Below, piece after piece: positions 27,984 through 37,711 of a stretch of 50,990 nucleotides of DNA. Source of the stretch: a bacterium. Lineage in GTDB: Bacteria > Zhuqueibacterota > Zhuqueibacteria > Zhuqueibacterales > Zhuqueibacteraceae. Every line of letters starts with the position of its first letter. The stretch's first letter is position 1. The DNA lies in the NCBI GenBank assembly GCA_044869275.1, contig JBIOXB010000050.1:1-50990 (forward strand), given 5' to 3'. Both the position numbers and the translations under genes were made by a program. The notes below the pieces were generated by a model that had not been told where the DNA came from, ran no database searches, and saw only the letters and a list, made by a program, of their open reading frames with translations.

Positions 27984-28451
27984 TCATAACTGCAATTCCA
28001 TATATGTCGTGCCTGGAACCGGATTATAGCGGTACGCTGGAATCTCCTGAAAGCCTAACCTCCGGTACAGGGCCTGTGCCGGAGCCATCGCGGGGAGAGT
28101 GTCCAGTCGCATGCGCTCGTAGCCAGCCGCACGCGCACAGCCGATGATGGCGCGCGCGAGCGCTTCGCCAAAGCCGTGACCTTGCCACGAGGGTCGCACG
28201 TACAACCGCTTCATCTCGCAGATCGCCGGCGGCGCCAGCGGCCGGACCGCGACGCATCCCACCGGGGTCTCGCCCTCGACCGCAAGCAATAATGCGCCTG
28301 AGGGAGGGACGTAGGCTCCGGGGAGTGTCGCGAGTTCCGTGGCGAAGTCTTGGAAGTCGAGATTGATCCCGATCCAGCCGGCATACTCTTCGAAAAGCAT
28401 GCGGGCGGCTGCGACCTCGTCCGGAGTTTGCACTTGCTTTATCGTGCCCAC
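27984..28451 (-). CDS. GNAT N-acetyltransferase
   Basis: CEMKRLYVRPSWQGHGFGEALA (acetyl-CoA motif A), RLDTLP..APAQALYRRLGF. Confidence 0.9.
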   Translation of the reverse strand: MGTIKQVQTPDEVAAARMLFEEYAGWIGINLDFQDFATELATLPGAYVPPSGALLLAVEGETPVGCVAVRPLAPPAICEMKRLYVRPSWQGHGFGEALARAIIGCARAAGYERMRLDTLPAMAPAQALYRRLGFQEIPAYRYNPVPGTTYMELQL

Positions 28452-28549
28452 TTGAGAATAAAGGTAATTCCTGGGCTACAGAGTGCCTCTTCACCTGCGC
28501 TGCGTTTTCCAGCGAAAACCGCGGGAAGAGGCAGACAGGAGCATCCGCG

Positions 28550-30061
28550 CTAGCGCCGCTTGGCGGCTTCCTGAGCGAGCATATGTTTCATAACGCTATG
28601 TTTGCGACTATAGCTAAAATAGATCACAAAGCCGATCGCCAGCCAAATGAACAGCCGCCACCAGTTTTCCGCCGGCAATGAAAACATCAGCAGCAAGCAC
28701 AGGGCGATGCCGAGAATCGGCGTCAGCATGCCGAACGGCGCGCGGAAGGGACGCTCGGCCTCGGGATGTTTGCGGCGCATGATGAGCACGGCGGCACAAA
28801 CGATCACGAAGGCGAGCAAGGTACCGATGTTGACGAGTTCGGCCAGAATGCGCAAGGGCACGAGCGCGGAGGCAAATGCGACAAAAATGCCGGTCAGGAT
28901 CGTCGATTTCCACGGCGTGCGAAAACGCTCATGCACATCACCGAAGAAACTCGGGGGCACCAGACCGTCGCGCGCCATGGCCAGCAACACGCGGGGCTGG
29001 CTGAGCATCATCACCAGCAAAACCGAGGTGATTCCGGCAAGGGCGCCGAGCGAAATGAAGAACTGCGCCCAAGTCAAACCCACTTGTTTGAATGCATTGG
29101 AAACCGGCGCATCGATGTCGATTTGATTATAAGGAACCATGCCCGTCAATATTGCGGAAACGGCGATGTACAGCAGCGTGCAAACGATCAACGAGGTGAT
29201 GATGCCGATGGGCACGTCGCGCTGGGGATTGCGCGCTTCTTCGGCATGCGTGGACACGGAATCGAACCCGATATAAGCGAAAAAGATGGTTGCCGCGCCG
29301 GCGAGCATGCCGAGCGGCTCACCTCCCAATCCCGTCTGGCCGAATAAAGTATGGCCGAAGAAACTGACGCCGGTCAAGCCATAGGGCGCAAATGGCGTCC
29401 AATGATCTGCATTCACATAAAACACGCCCACGCCGATGACCAGGAAAACCACGGCAAGTTTGATCAGCACCATGGTGTTGTTGAAGCGCGAGCTTTCGCG
29501 AATGCCGACCACGAGAATCAACGTGACGAGAGCCGTAATCACCACCGCCGGCAGATCGAAAAGCGTACCTGTGGCCGCCAGTTGTCCTGTATCTGGGTTG
29601 AAATCAAAAGGAGCGTTACCGAGGGCATGCGGGATGCTGATGCCAAATATGCCGATAAAATCCTGAAAATAATGCGACCAGCCGTGCGCGACTGTGGCAG
29701 AGCCGACGGCATACTCGAGCACCAAATCCCAACCGATGATCCACGCAAACAATTCGCCGAGCGTCGCATACGCATAAGTATAGGCTGAGCCTGCGACGGG
29801 TACCATCGAGGCGAACTCGGCATAGCACAGCGCCGCAAAGACGCAAGCCACGCCGGCCACGACGAACGAAAGCATGAGTGCCGGGCCGGTCTTGTCGTGC
29901 GCCGCCACACCCGTGAGCACGAAAATACCCGTGCCGATGATGGCGCCCACGCCGAGACTGGTGAGCGAGGCTGGACCGAGCACACGCCGCAACCGGTTCT
30001 CGCCTTTCATTTCTTCGAGCAGCAGCGCAAGCGGTTTTCTGGCAAAAAGCTGGCTGGACAT
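28550..30061 (-). CDS. APC-family amino acid permease (close paralog of 26406-27908)
   Basis: GVGAIIGTGIF, ALCYAEFASM, FFAYIGFDSVSTHAEEAR. Confidence 0.93.
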   Translation of the reverse strand: MSSQLFARKPLALLLEEMKGENRLRRVLGPASLTSLGVGAIIGTGIFVLTGVAAHDKTGPALMLSFVVAGVACVFAALCYAEFASMVPVAGSAYTYAYATLGELFAWIIGWDLVLEYAVGSATVAHGWSHYFQDFIGIFGISIPHALGNAPFDFNPDTGQLAATGTLFDLPAVVITALVTLILVVGIRESSRFNNTMVLIKLAVVFLVIGVGVFYVNADHWTPFAPYGLTGVSFFGHTLFGQTGLGGEPLGMLAGAATIFFAYIGFDSVSTHAEEARNPQRDVPIGIITSLIVCTLLYIAVSAILTGMVPYNQIDIDAPVSNAFKQVGLTWAQFFISLGALAGITSVLLVMMLSQPRVLLAMARDGLVPPSFFGDVHERFRTPWKSTILTGIFVAFASALVPLRILAELVNIGTLLAFVIVCAAVLIMRRKHPEAERPFRAPFGMLTPILGIALCLLLMFSLPAENWWRLFIWLAIGFVIYFSYSRKHSVMKHMLAQEAAKRR

Positions 30062-30155
30062 CAGTTTTCCTCCGCACGTGAAGATGAGTTGCTTATAGAC
30101 GGACTTGGGGAATGATAAAGCAGAGCGCCTTTCTATCTCGTTATGGCAGAATAAC

Positions 30156-31538
30156 TCAAGTCTTTGACTTGCGGCGCCAAAATAGGTAAACGGGCAGACC
30201 GGTGAGCACCAGTCCCAGGCCTGGCCAAGTATAACTCGGCTTGAAGATCAAGAGGTCGATCATAATCAACGTCGCAAAAACGATGTACAAAGCCGGGATC
30301 ACGGGATAGCCCCAGGCTTTGTAGGGACGCGGCGCCTCCGGCCGTTTGCGGCGCAAAACGAAAATGCCGACGACGGTGAGCACATAAAACAGCAGCGCCG
30401 CGAAAATGACATAGTCGAGCAAATCGCCGTACGTGCCGGAAAGGGTGAGCAGCGCGGCCCAGACCCCTTGCAAGACCAGACCGTTGGCAGGCACGCCGTG
30501 TGCATTGAGCTCCCCGGCTTTCTTGAAGAACAGGCCGTTTTGCGCCATGGCATAATAAACGCGCGCGCCCGCCAGAATCAAACCGTTGACGCATCCAAAG
30601 GTCGAAATCATGATCGCGATCGCCATGATGACCGCGGCGTTCCCGCCAAATATGGTTTGGGCGGCGGCGGTGGCCACGCGATCTTCGGGAGCGTGCTGAA
30701 TGGCCTCCATGGGCAGCGCGGCGAGATATGATATATTGGCCAGTATGTAAAGCACGGTGACAAGTATAGTGCCGTACATCATGGCGCGCGGCACGGTGCG
30801 GTGCGGTTCCTTTACTTCGGCCGCGGCAAAGCCGATATTGTTCCAGGCATCGGAAGAGAATAGCGAGCCGACCATCGCGGTGCCGAGCGCAATCATCAAT
30901 GCCATGGTGGACAAGGCCTGGCCCTCGAAGAGCGGCGTCCAAAAGTCTGCCGTATGCAGGGCCGCGGTACGATTGCTGCCGACAAAAAGTGTGAGCAAAA
31001 TAAGCAGCGCGAGCGCCCCTACTTTGGCGGCCGTGAAAAGATTTTGCACGATTTTTCCGGTTTGCAGGCCGCGCGTATTGGTAAAGGTCAGTAGCGCGAC
31101 CACTGCGATGCCGACCAAACGCTGGGTGGAGAACGATACCGGGCCGAGGGCAAACAGAGTGTTACTAGCGGAAATGGAGGGCATCAGCACTCCCAGGAAT
31201 TTTGCAAAAGCCACCGCCACGGCTGCAATGGTGCCGGTTTGAATGACGAGAAAGAGTGTCCAACCATACAAGAACCCCCACAGCGGACCATGCGCTTCGC
31301 GCAAATAAATGTATTGGCCGCCGGCATCGGGGAACATCGCCGCAAGTTCGCCATAACTCAGCGCTCCAACGATGGTGAGCAAACCGGTGATGACCCACAC
31401 CATCAACAACCATCCCGGCGCTCCCACTTGCCGGGCGATATCGGCGGAAACAATAAAGATGCCGGAGCCGATCATGGAGCCGGCCACGATCATGGTGGAG
31501 TCAAGCAGGCCAAGGCCTCGAACGAATTTGGACGACAT
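30156..31538 (-). CDS. APC-family permease (LAT/SteT-like)
   Basis: Real start MSSKFVRGL after AGGAGG; GSMIGSGIF, ALSYGELAAMFP.AGG, FSSDAWNN. Confidence 0.9.
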   Translation of the reverse strand: MSSKFVRGLGLLDSTMIVAGSMIGSGIFIVSADIARQVGAPGWLLMVWVITGLLTIVGALSYGELAAMFPDAGGQYIYLREAHGPLWGFLYGWTLFLVIQTGTIAAVAVAFAKFLGVLMPSISASNTLFALGPVSFSTQRLVGIAVVALLTFTNTRGLQTGKIVQNLFTAAKVGALALLILLTLFVGSNRTAALHTADFWTPLFEGQALSTMALMIALGTAMVGSLFSSDAWNNIGFAAAEVKEPHRTVPRAMMYGTILVTVLYILANISYLAALPMEAIQHAPEDRVATAAAQTIFGGNAAVIMAIAIMISTFGCVNGLILAGARVYYAMAQNGLFFKKAGELNAHGVPANGLVLQGVWAALLTLSGTYGDLLDYVIFAALLFYVLTVVGIFVLRRKRPEAPRPYKAWGYPVIPALYIVFATLIMIDLLIFKPSYTWPGLGLVLTGLPVYLFWRRKSKT

Positions 31539-31573
31539 ATTCCTCCTGCGTGGGTGAAAAAGCGGAAGATTCA

Positions 31574-32806
31574 CTAAGCTAAAATACCGGCGACCGCCGC
31601 GACCATGCAGGTGGCGAGTGTCCCGCCGATCATGGCGCGCAAGCCCAAACGCGAAAGATCGCCGCGGCGCTCCGGACAAAGCCCGCTGTACCCGCCGATC
31701 TGAATGCCGATGCTGGCGAAATTGGCAAAACCGCAAAGGGCATAGCTGGCAATCAATTGCCCGCGCGGCGTCAGCCACGTGCCGTTGGTCTGCTTGAGCA
31801 TTTCGCTCATGTCCTGGTAGGCAATCAGCTCGGTGAGCACGACCTTTTTGCCGAGCAGGGTCGCGACTTTCGCCACATCCTCCGCCGGCACGCCCATGAC
31901 CCACGAAAGCGGCCAGAAGAGCCATCCAAAAATTTGCTCGAAGCTGGTGCCCACCTTGCCCAGGGCAAAATTAATCATGGCGGTGAGCGCGACAAAGGAG
32001 ATCAACATGGCCGCGACATTGACCGCCAGGTGCAAGCCGTCGGTGGTGCCGCGCGCCGCCGCATCAATCACGTTGGCATCGACGCGTGGAATCTCGATCT
32101 TGGTCGTACCCAGCGTGACCGGCTCGTGGCTTTCGGGCAGCATGAGCTTGCCGATCACGATCGAGGCGGGCGCGCACATCACGCTGCAGGCGATCAAATG
32201 GCCGGCAATATCGGGAATGTATTCGCGCAACATGCCCACGTATGCGATCAGCACGCCGCCGGCGGTGGTCGCAAAGCCGGCAATCATGCAAGCGTTCAGC
32301 TCGGATAATGTCAGGGTGGCAATGTAAGGACGGATGACCAGCGGCGCTTCCGTTTGCCCAACGAAAATATCGGACACCGTGGAAAAACTTTCGGCACCGC
32401 TCACGCCGAGGAATCTGGAGATGAAGCGCGCCATGTTGCGGATGATGAAGGGCATCACACGCAGATGGTAGAGCACGGCCATGAACGACGCGAAGAAGAT
32501 GATGGTCGGCAAAATCTGGGTGGCGAAAACGAATCCGACCGGTGGGGTGGGTACGCCCAGCGAGTTGAACACAAATTTAGCGCCTTCACTGCTGAAAGAA
32601 AGCAATTTGTCCACGAAATCGTTGGCGTATTTGAAAACGTACTTGACGGGGGTGTGCAGCACCAAAACGGCAAAGCCGATCAACAACAGCATGCCCAGAC
32701 CGATCGTGCGCCAATTCACATTTTTACGCAATGCCGCTGGGCAAAACAAATAGGCGATTCCCATGATGGCGATGATGCCGAACACGCCAATCGCACGTTC
32801 TACCAT
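31574..32806 (-). CDS. nupC: Concentrative nucleoside transporter (CNT/NupC family)
   Basis: LPTIIFFASF, IFVGQTEAPL, GFATTAGG, YALCGFANFASIGIQIGG. Confidence 0.9.
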   Translation of the reverse strand: MVERAIGVFGIIAIMGIAYLFCPAALRKNVNWRTIGLGMLLLIGFAVLVLHTPVKYVFKYANDFVDKLLSFSSEGAKFVFNSLGVPTPPVGFVFATQILPTIIFFASFMAVLYHLRVMPFIIRNMARFISRFLGVSGAESFSTVSDIFVGQTEAPLVIRPYIATLTLSELNACMIAGFATTAGGVLIAYVGMLREYIPDIAGHLIACSVMCAPASIVIGKLMLPESHEPVTLGTTKIEIPRVDANVIDAAARGTTDGLHLAVNVAAMLISFVALTAMINFALGKVGTSFEQIFGWLFWPLSWVMGVPAEDVAKVATLLGKKVVLTELIAYQDMSEMLKQTNGTWLTPRGQLIASYALCGFANFASIGIQIGGYSGLCPERRGDLSRLGLRAMIGGTLATCMVAAVAGILA

Positions 32807-33022
32807 GCCTCCTCCTTCCGTGTGGTAATGAACATGTAAAATGGGCTGTACCTCTTAAAAAAGCAAGCACAAAATGGTGAGTTCACAATGCCATGCTTTC
32901 TGAGCGAGCGAACACGGTATACTCTCTGCTTACCCATTCTGTCTTTGCTTTGAGCAGCCCCCTGTGCAAAAGACAAGACCGACAGAATGCGTCAATACCG
33001 ACATAATCTGCCGCATCCATCG

Positions 33023-36000
33023 TTAGTCGCGGCCCGAGATGACCGCATAAATTGCCGGCGTAACCAGCAAGCCCAAAATGGCTGCGCTCGATATGCCGCC
33101 GATGGTCGCCAAGGCCAGCGCATACCACAGTCCCGTTTTGTCGGCGGCGATCACCATGGGCAGCAGGCCCGCGATCGTGGTCAGAGAGGTCATTAGGATC
33201 GGCCGGAGGCGGTGGCTCGCACCTGCAATGATCGCGGCGTGTTTTTCGAGACCGCGCTCGCGCAGTTGATTGATGTGATCTACCATGATGATCGCGTTGT
33301 TGACAACGATGCCGCCCAGCAAGACCACGCCAATGTAGGCCGAGCGGTCAAAAGGTTGATCCGTCATCCAGAAAACCGCGAATACTCCGATCAAAGCCAG
33401 GGGAACGGCCGTCATGATGATGAAGGGCTGCTGGTAAGATTCGAACAAGGCCGCGGTGACCATGAAAATGAGCAAAAGCGATAGGGCGATAACCTTCCAT
33501 AGTTCTCTTTCTACTCCCTCGTTTTCCCGGCCCCATTGCGGCTGTTCAAGTCTGTAACCCGGCGGCAGAAGCGTGTGCTTTGCGATGCTTTCGGCAAAAC
33601 GCCTGGCCAGCTTCCACGGTCCGCGGAACTCAAACGTGATCCAGCGTTGATATTGCTGATTCTCGCGCGCGATTGAAGATTGCGCCGGACGCTCCTCGAG
33701 GTGGGCGATTTCGCGCAGATGCACCTGCTGTCCCTCTTCGCCGCGCAACGTCAAGGTGAAAAGGCTTTGCAGTTCGAGCCGTTCGAAATCGGAGAACTTG
33801 ACGCGATAAATCATAGGCTCACCGTGTACCTGCATTTCCTGCCGGGTGAAATCTTCCCGCAAATAAGCGCCCAACTGTGCCAAGGTGCTTTGCACGGTCA
33901 GGCCATAGCCGCGCAATTTTTGGCGATCAATCGCCAGCACCGTTTCAAAGCCGGTATCGTTCGTATACCAACCCGTGCCGGAGGTGTTCACACGGCTCAC
34001 GCGTGGATGCCGTGACAAGACACGCCCGATTTCTTCTGCGAATTTCTTCACCTCGGCGTAGCTGTAGCCCAAGACGCGCAGGGGAAATTGCTGGGAGACA
34101 TTATCCACACCGGTTGCAAAGCCAGGCCCAAAACCGGATATGCCTATTCCAACACCGGCAATCCGAGTGGCAAGCAGCGTTAGTTGCTCTTTCAAGAGAA
34201 GCGGTGACAGCGAGGTTCGCGCCGCTTCGGTGAAGCTGAGGCGCAAAGTTACATTTTCGGCGGAGACTTGTGTAAAGACACGGTCAACTTGAGGTTGGTT
34301 GACGATACGTTCTTCAAAAAATCTCGCAATGGCATCCGCCCGTTCTAATTGCGCACCGGTCGGAAGCTGCACCCAAGCGACAATGTGAGTTTCTTCGCCC
34401 CATTTCCACGGCGAGCCGCGCGTGACTTTTTTGAGGAAAACATAAAGCGAACCGCCAAACAAGCCGAGCGCAAGCAGGAGGGTGAGCCAACGGAAACGGA
34501 GAATAGTCACCAGGAGCCGTTGATAAGCAAGGTGAAAGGGTAAGCGGAGGAAAGGGGCCGTGGGGAAAACGGAGGCGGGAGGATTTCTTGGTGAAGCTCG
34601 TTTCTTGAGAACTTCTTTTCGCGAGGAAAGCCGCGCGGCTAGAGTCGGCGTCAACGCGAAGGCTACCAACAGACTTGCTGCGAGCGAGGCGCATACGGCT
34701 AATGCGAATGACTGATAGTACTCGCGCAGCTCTCCCGCCAGGTAAAGAAAGGGAATGAATGCTACCACCGCCGTCAAAGTCGAAGCAAGAATCGCCACGC
34801 CCACCTCCGCCGTCCCCCGCGCCGCGATTTCGATGTCGTCTTGACCGTCAATGGAATTGCTTTTGCTCTCCCATTCTCCCTGTCCCCCCGTCTCCCTCTC
34901 CCCTAGTCTCCCTCTCTCACCCTCACCGGCACGCAGCCGCGCAATATTCTCCACGACCACGATCGCATTATCCACCAGTATGCCAATTCCCAAAGCAAAA
35001 CCCGCGAGCGTGAGCAGATTGAGTCCCAATCCCGCCATGCCGAATAAATTGAGAGCGAGTAATACCGCCAAAAAGACTGTAGCGATGACGATGCCGGAGG
35101 CGCGCCACGAGCGTAAAAACAGAAGCAAGACCGACAACACCACCAGCAAGCTGACGCACGAGCGCACGAAGAGATCGCGCAAATCGGTCCGCAGGCGCGC
35201 AGTTTCGTCTTGCGCGTTGAGCAGCCGCAGATCGCCGGGGAAAGTTCCTTTCAGTGTTTCTATTTTTTGACAAACGGCATCGGCGACCTGCAACGAATTG
35301 GTTCCGGGCTGGCGCAGAATGCGAAGCATGACCGCCGGCTTGCCGTCGATGCGCGTGACCGTGAGCGGCGGGACGATTTGAAATTGTAATGTGGCTATTT
35401 GATTGAGAGTAAGCGTAATGCCGTTCTTGGTGAGGGGCAGTTGTGCCAACCGGTCAATGGTCTCCTCAAAGCTTTCAAGAACCAAATCAACTTGCTGTGC
35501 GGCGTTGACCAGGCGCCCGACGGGCCGCCGTAGTTGTGCGGAGACCAGGGCCTGTTGCACTTCGGCCAAAGTCAGAGCATAAGTTTCCAGCCTCGCGCGA
35601 TCGACTAAAATGTGCAGCTCGCGCTCTTCGCCACCAAGCACTTCGACCGCGGCGATGCCGTTGAGCGACAGCAGCGGGCCGCGTAATTTTTCTAACGCGA
35701 ACGTGCGCAGCGCATGCGGCGGCAAATCTCCGGCAAGCTGATAGCTGAGGAATCCTTCGGTCTGGAATTCTTTGGGAATGTATGCTTCAATCTGGGGGGT
35801 GGAAACTCCAAAGGGCAATTCTCGCGCGAGATTGCTCAGCTTCTCGCCGAGCTCCAGCGTGATGAAATCCATTTCTGCACGGCGATTGAACTCGATCGCC
35901 ACCCGCATGCGGCCTTCAAAGGACTCCGAACTGGCTTTGCGCACGTGCGGCAGTGTATGCGCAACCGCTTCAATCGGTGAAGTCACAAACGCTTCGACAT

Positions 36001-36175
36001 TCTCCGGCGCGCTTCCCGGCCAGGAGGCCGTGACCGACAGTTTGGGAAAATCCACCTCGGGCGCGAGCTCCAGCGGCAGATGCCAGGCCTGATAAAGACC
36101 TGTTGCCGCGGCGGCCATCATGAACATGGCGACAGCGACCGGACGGCGGATGAGTCTGCGCAGCAAGGATTGCAT
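33023..36175 (-). CDS. RND efflux transporter permease (AcrB/CusA superfamily)
   Basis: PLELAPEVDFP, VTSPIE, GILVDNAIVVVENI, GIVVNNAIIMVD, RLRPILMTSLTT. Confidence 0.93.
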   Translation of the reverse strand: MQSLLRRLIRRPVAVAMFMMAAAATGLYQAWHLPLELAPEVDFPKLSVTASWPGSAPENVEAFVTSPIEAVAHTLPHVRKASSESFEGRMRVAIEFNRRAEMDFITLELGEKLSNLARELPFGVSTPQIEAYIPKEFQTEGFLSYQLAGDLPPHALRTFALEKLRGPLLSLNGIAAVEVLGGEERELHILVDRARLETYALTLAEVQQALVSAQLRRPVGRLVNAAQQVDLVLESFEETIDRLAQLPLTKNGITLTLNQIATLQFQIVPPLTVTRIDGKPAVMLRILRQPGTNSLQVADAVCQKIETLKGTFPGDLRLLNAQDETARLRTDLRDLFVRSCVSLLVVLSVLLLFLRSWRASGIVIATVFLAVLLALNLFGMAGLGLNLLTLAGFALGIGILVDNAIVVVENIARLRAGEGERGRLGERETGGQGEWESKSNSIDGQDDIEIAARGTAEVGVAILASTLTAVVAFIPFLYLAGELREYYQSFALAVCASLAASLLVAFALTPTLAARLSSRKEVLKKRASPRNPPASVFPTAPFLRLPFHLAYQRLLVTILRFRWLTLLLALGLFGGSLYVFLKKVTRGSPWKWGEETHIVAWVQLPTGAQLERADAIARFFEERIVNQPQVDRVFTQVSAENVTLRLSFTEAARTSLSPLLLKEQLTLLATRIAGVGIGISGFGPGFATGVDNVSQQFPLRVLGYSYAEVKKFAEEIGRVLSRHPRVSRVNTSGTGWYTNDTGFETVLAIDRQKLRGYGLTVQSTLAQLGAYLREDFTRQEMQVHGEPMIYRVKFSDFERLELQSLFTLTLRGEEGQQVHLREIAHLEERPAQSSIARENQQYQRWITFEFRGPWKLARRFAESIAKHTLLPPGYRLEQPQWGRENEGVERELWKVIALSLLLIFMVTAALFESYQQPFIIMTAVPLALIGVFAVFWMTDQPFDRSAYIGVVLLGGIVVNNAIIMVDHINQLRERGLEKHAAIIAGASHRLRPILMTSLTTIAGLLPMVIAADKTGLWYALALATIGGISSAAILGLLVTPAIYAVISGRD

Positions 36176-36257
36176 GCTTCAACGATTGTTACCGGGTGGG
36201 CGGGAGCCTGGCCTGAGCCGGTGCTTCAGAGGAAGCGCTGCTTCGCGCAATCCGGTT

Positions 36258-36719
36258 TCATTCGAGCGCAACCTGAACGACCGCCAAGTCTGTTCTGTTG
36301 GAAATTTCCTCCATTCCCGGCCATTCGTTTGTCTGCATGGCCAGATGGAACCAATTTTCTATTTCCTGGTGCCCATCATTTTTTACCATAAAGAGCACAA
36401 CCGCGAAACCCTTGCCGGAAACACCCCGTTCGGAAATCGTCTCCGTCCAATTGGAGGCGTTTCGGGCAATCTCTTTTTGCGGCCACAGCAACCGGCCGAT
36501 TTTAATCGCAAGCCAGACGTGATGATTTTCAGAAATTCCCCGCAATTCCCCGCTGACCGTGAATGTGGTGGGTACAATGCCGTTTTCCCGGGGGGAGAGA
36601 ATGTCGCCACTGGGATAAAAAGGAATTAGAGCAGCAATCACCGTGGCCACAGTTCCAATGATCGCGGTGATCAGCGCAATTCCTCCGATTGTTTTCCAGA
36701 GCGATTTATTCTGCACCAT
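36258..36719 (-). CDS. Hypothetical membrane-anchored protein with a beta-rich soluble domain
   Basis: N-terminal TM, ILSPRENGIV..TFTVSG Ig-like start; overlaps the formyltransferase end. Confidence 0.6.
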   Translation of the reverse strand: MVQNKSLWKTIGGIALITAIIGTVATVIAALIPFYPSGDILSPRENGIVPTTFTVSGELRGISENHHVWLAIKIGRLLWPQKEIARNASNWTETISERGVSGKGFAVVLFMVKNDGHQEIENWFHLAMQTNEWPGMEEISNRTDLAVVQVALE

Positions 36720-37593
36720 TCGGGCACTTGCCTTCTTTTGACCGTGCTGCACTGGATTCGCAATCCCTTGGGGTTGATCGAGCAGGAATGCCTACGGGGG
36801 CATACTTCAGCAATTCCAAGTAACCGTTTCTTAACCTGAGCATGCGTTTAGCTGCATCAAAACGATCGTGAAATTTGAATTCAAATAGAAAAAACATTTG
36901 GTTTTGAAAATTGCAGACCAGGGGATATTGCCCGCGAAAGGCGCGTGAAACCCTGAGCACCTCCGCATGAGATGAAGCTTCATCAATCACAAAGTCCATC
37001 ACGTTCAATCTTGGATAATACCTGGCTTTGCTTTCATCCTGCGGGGAAAAGCTCAGTTCATGCAACTGCAGTTTTTCCCAAAATGCTCCGACCGCCCTTT
37101 TCCCGGCGCGGGCCGCTTTGAAGAACAACGTGCGATTGTCGTCATTTGGTTCTATTCCAAAACTGGCCTGTACGCAGATTGGCCCCGCGTCAAAATTTTG
37201 ATCGATGCGATGCAGGGTCACTCCTCCTTGAGTTTCATCATGCAGCAGTTGCTGCATGACGGGTTCCGGCCCTCGATACTTTGGCAATAGGGAAGCATGG
37301 ATATTGACGATGGGACAGGAGGTGGAATCGATGAAGCTCGGCGGTATCTTGTGCGGCCATCCCGCCATCAGGATTGCATCCAATTCTTTATCTGCAAAAA
37401 CTGCATAACTTTCTTTTGACGAATAAAGGCACACAAACGCAGTTTGGAATAACTCTGCAAACTTATATCCGCTGGCGGAATCGGCGACCATGATGAGATC
37501 CAGTGCACAGTTTTTCAGAAGGCTTGGATCTTGGAGAAAAACTGCTCCCCAGGGTCCAGAAGCTATAAATCCTATCCTATTCAATTTTACCAA
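36706..37593 (-). CDS. N10-formyl-THF-dependent formyltransferase (Fmt-like)
   Basis: VNIHASLLPKYRGPEP and GVTLHRIDQNFDAGPI; RBS AGGAGG before TTG. Confidence 0.88.
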   Translation of the reverse strand: MVKLNRIGFIASGPWGAVFLQDPSLLKNCALDLIMVADSASGYKFAELFQTAFVCLYSSKESYAVFADKELDAILMAGWPHKIPPSFIDSTSCPIVNIHASLLPKYRGPEPVMQQLLHDETQGGVTLHRIDQNFDAGPICVQASFGIEPNDDNRTLFFKAARAGKRAVGAFWEKLQLHELSFSPQDESKARYYPRLNVMDFVIDEASSHAEVLRVSRAFRGQYPLVCNFQNQMFFLFEFKFHDRFDAAKRMLRLRNGYLELLKYAPVGIPARSTPRDCESSAARSKEGKCPNGAE

Positions 37594-37711
37594 CCCTCCT
37601 GAATCTGCAGCGATTTTTTTTTCTCAGGGTATTCATCAGAACCAAATTTTGCGAAATTAAGCCTAATCCGCGTCATCCGTGGTCAAGGGAGCGTGAGACA
37701 AGAATGCAGGA

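Noticed and set aside
31539..31925. N-terminal extension of the 589-aa APC ORF
   Set aside because: Overlaps the CNT gene; strong RBS precedes ATG 31538.
32820..33020. Possible riboswitch upstream of the nucleoside transporter
   Set aside because: An imperfect hairpin (CATTCTGTC...GACAGAATG) is present, but I cannot match purine or other riboswitch consensus; needs an Rfam scan.
36706..37593. Housekeeping methionyl-tRNA formyltransferase (fmt)
   Set aside because: Lacks the usual FMGTP N-terminus and def/rsmB context; embedded in the biosynthetic operon.
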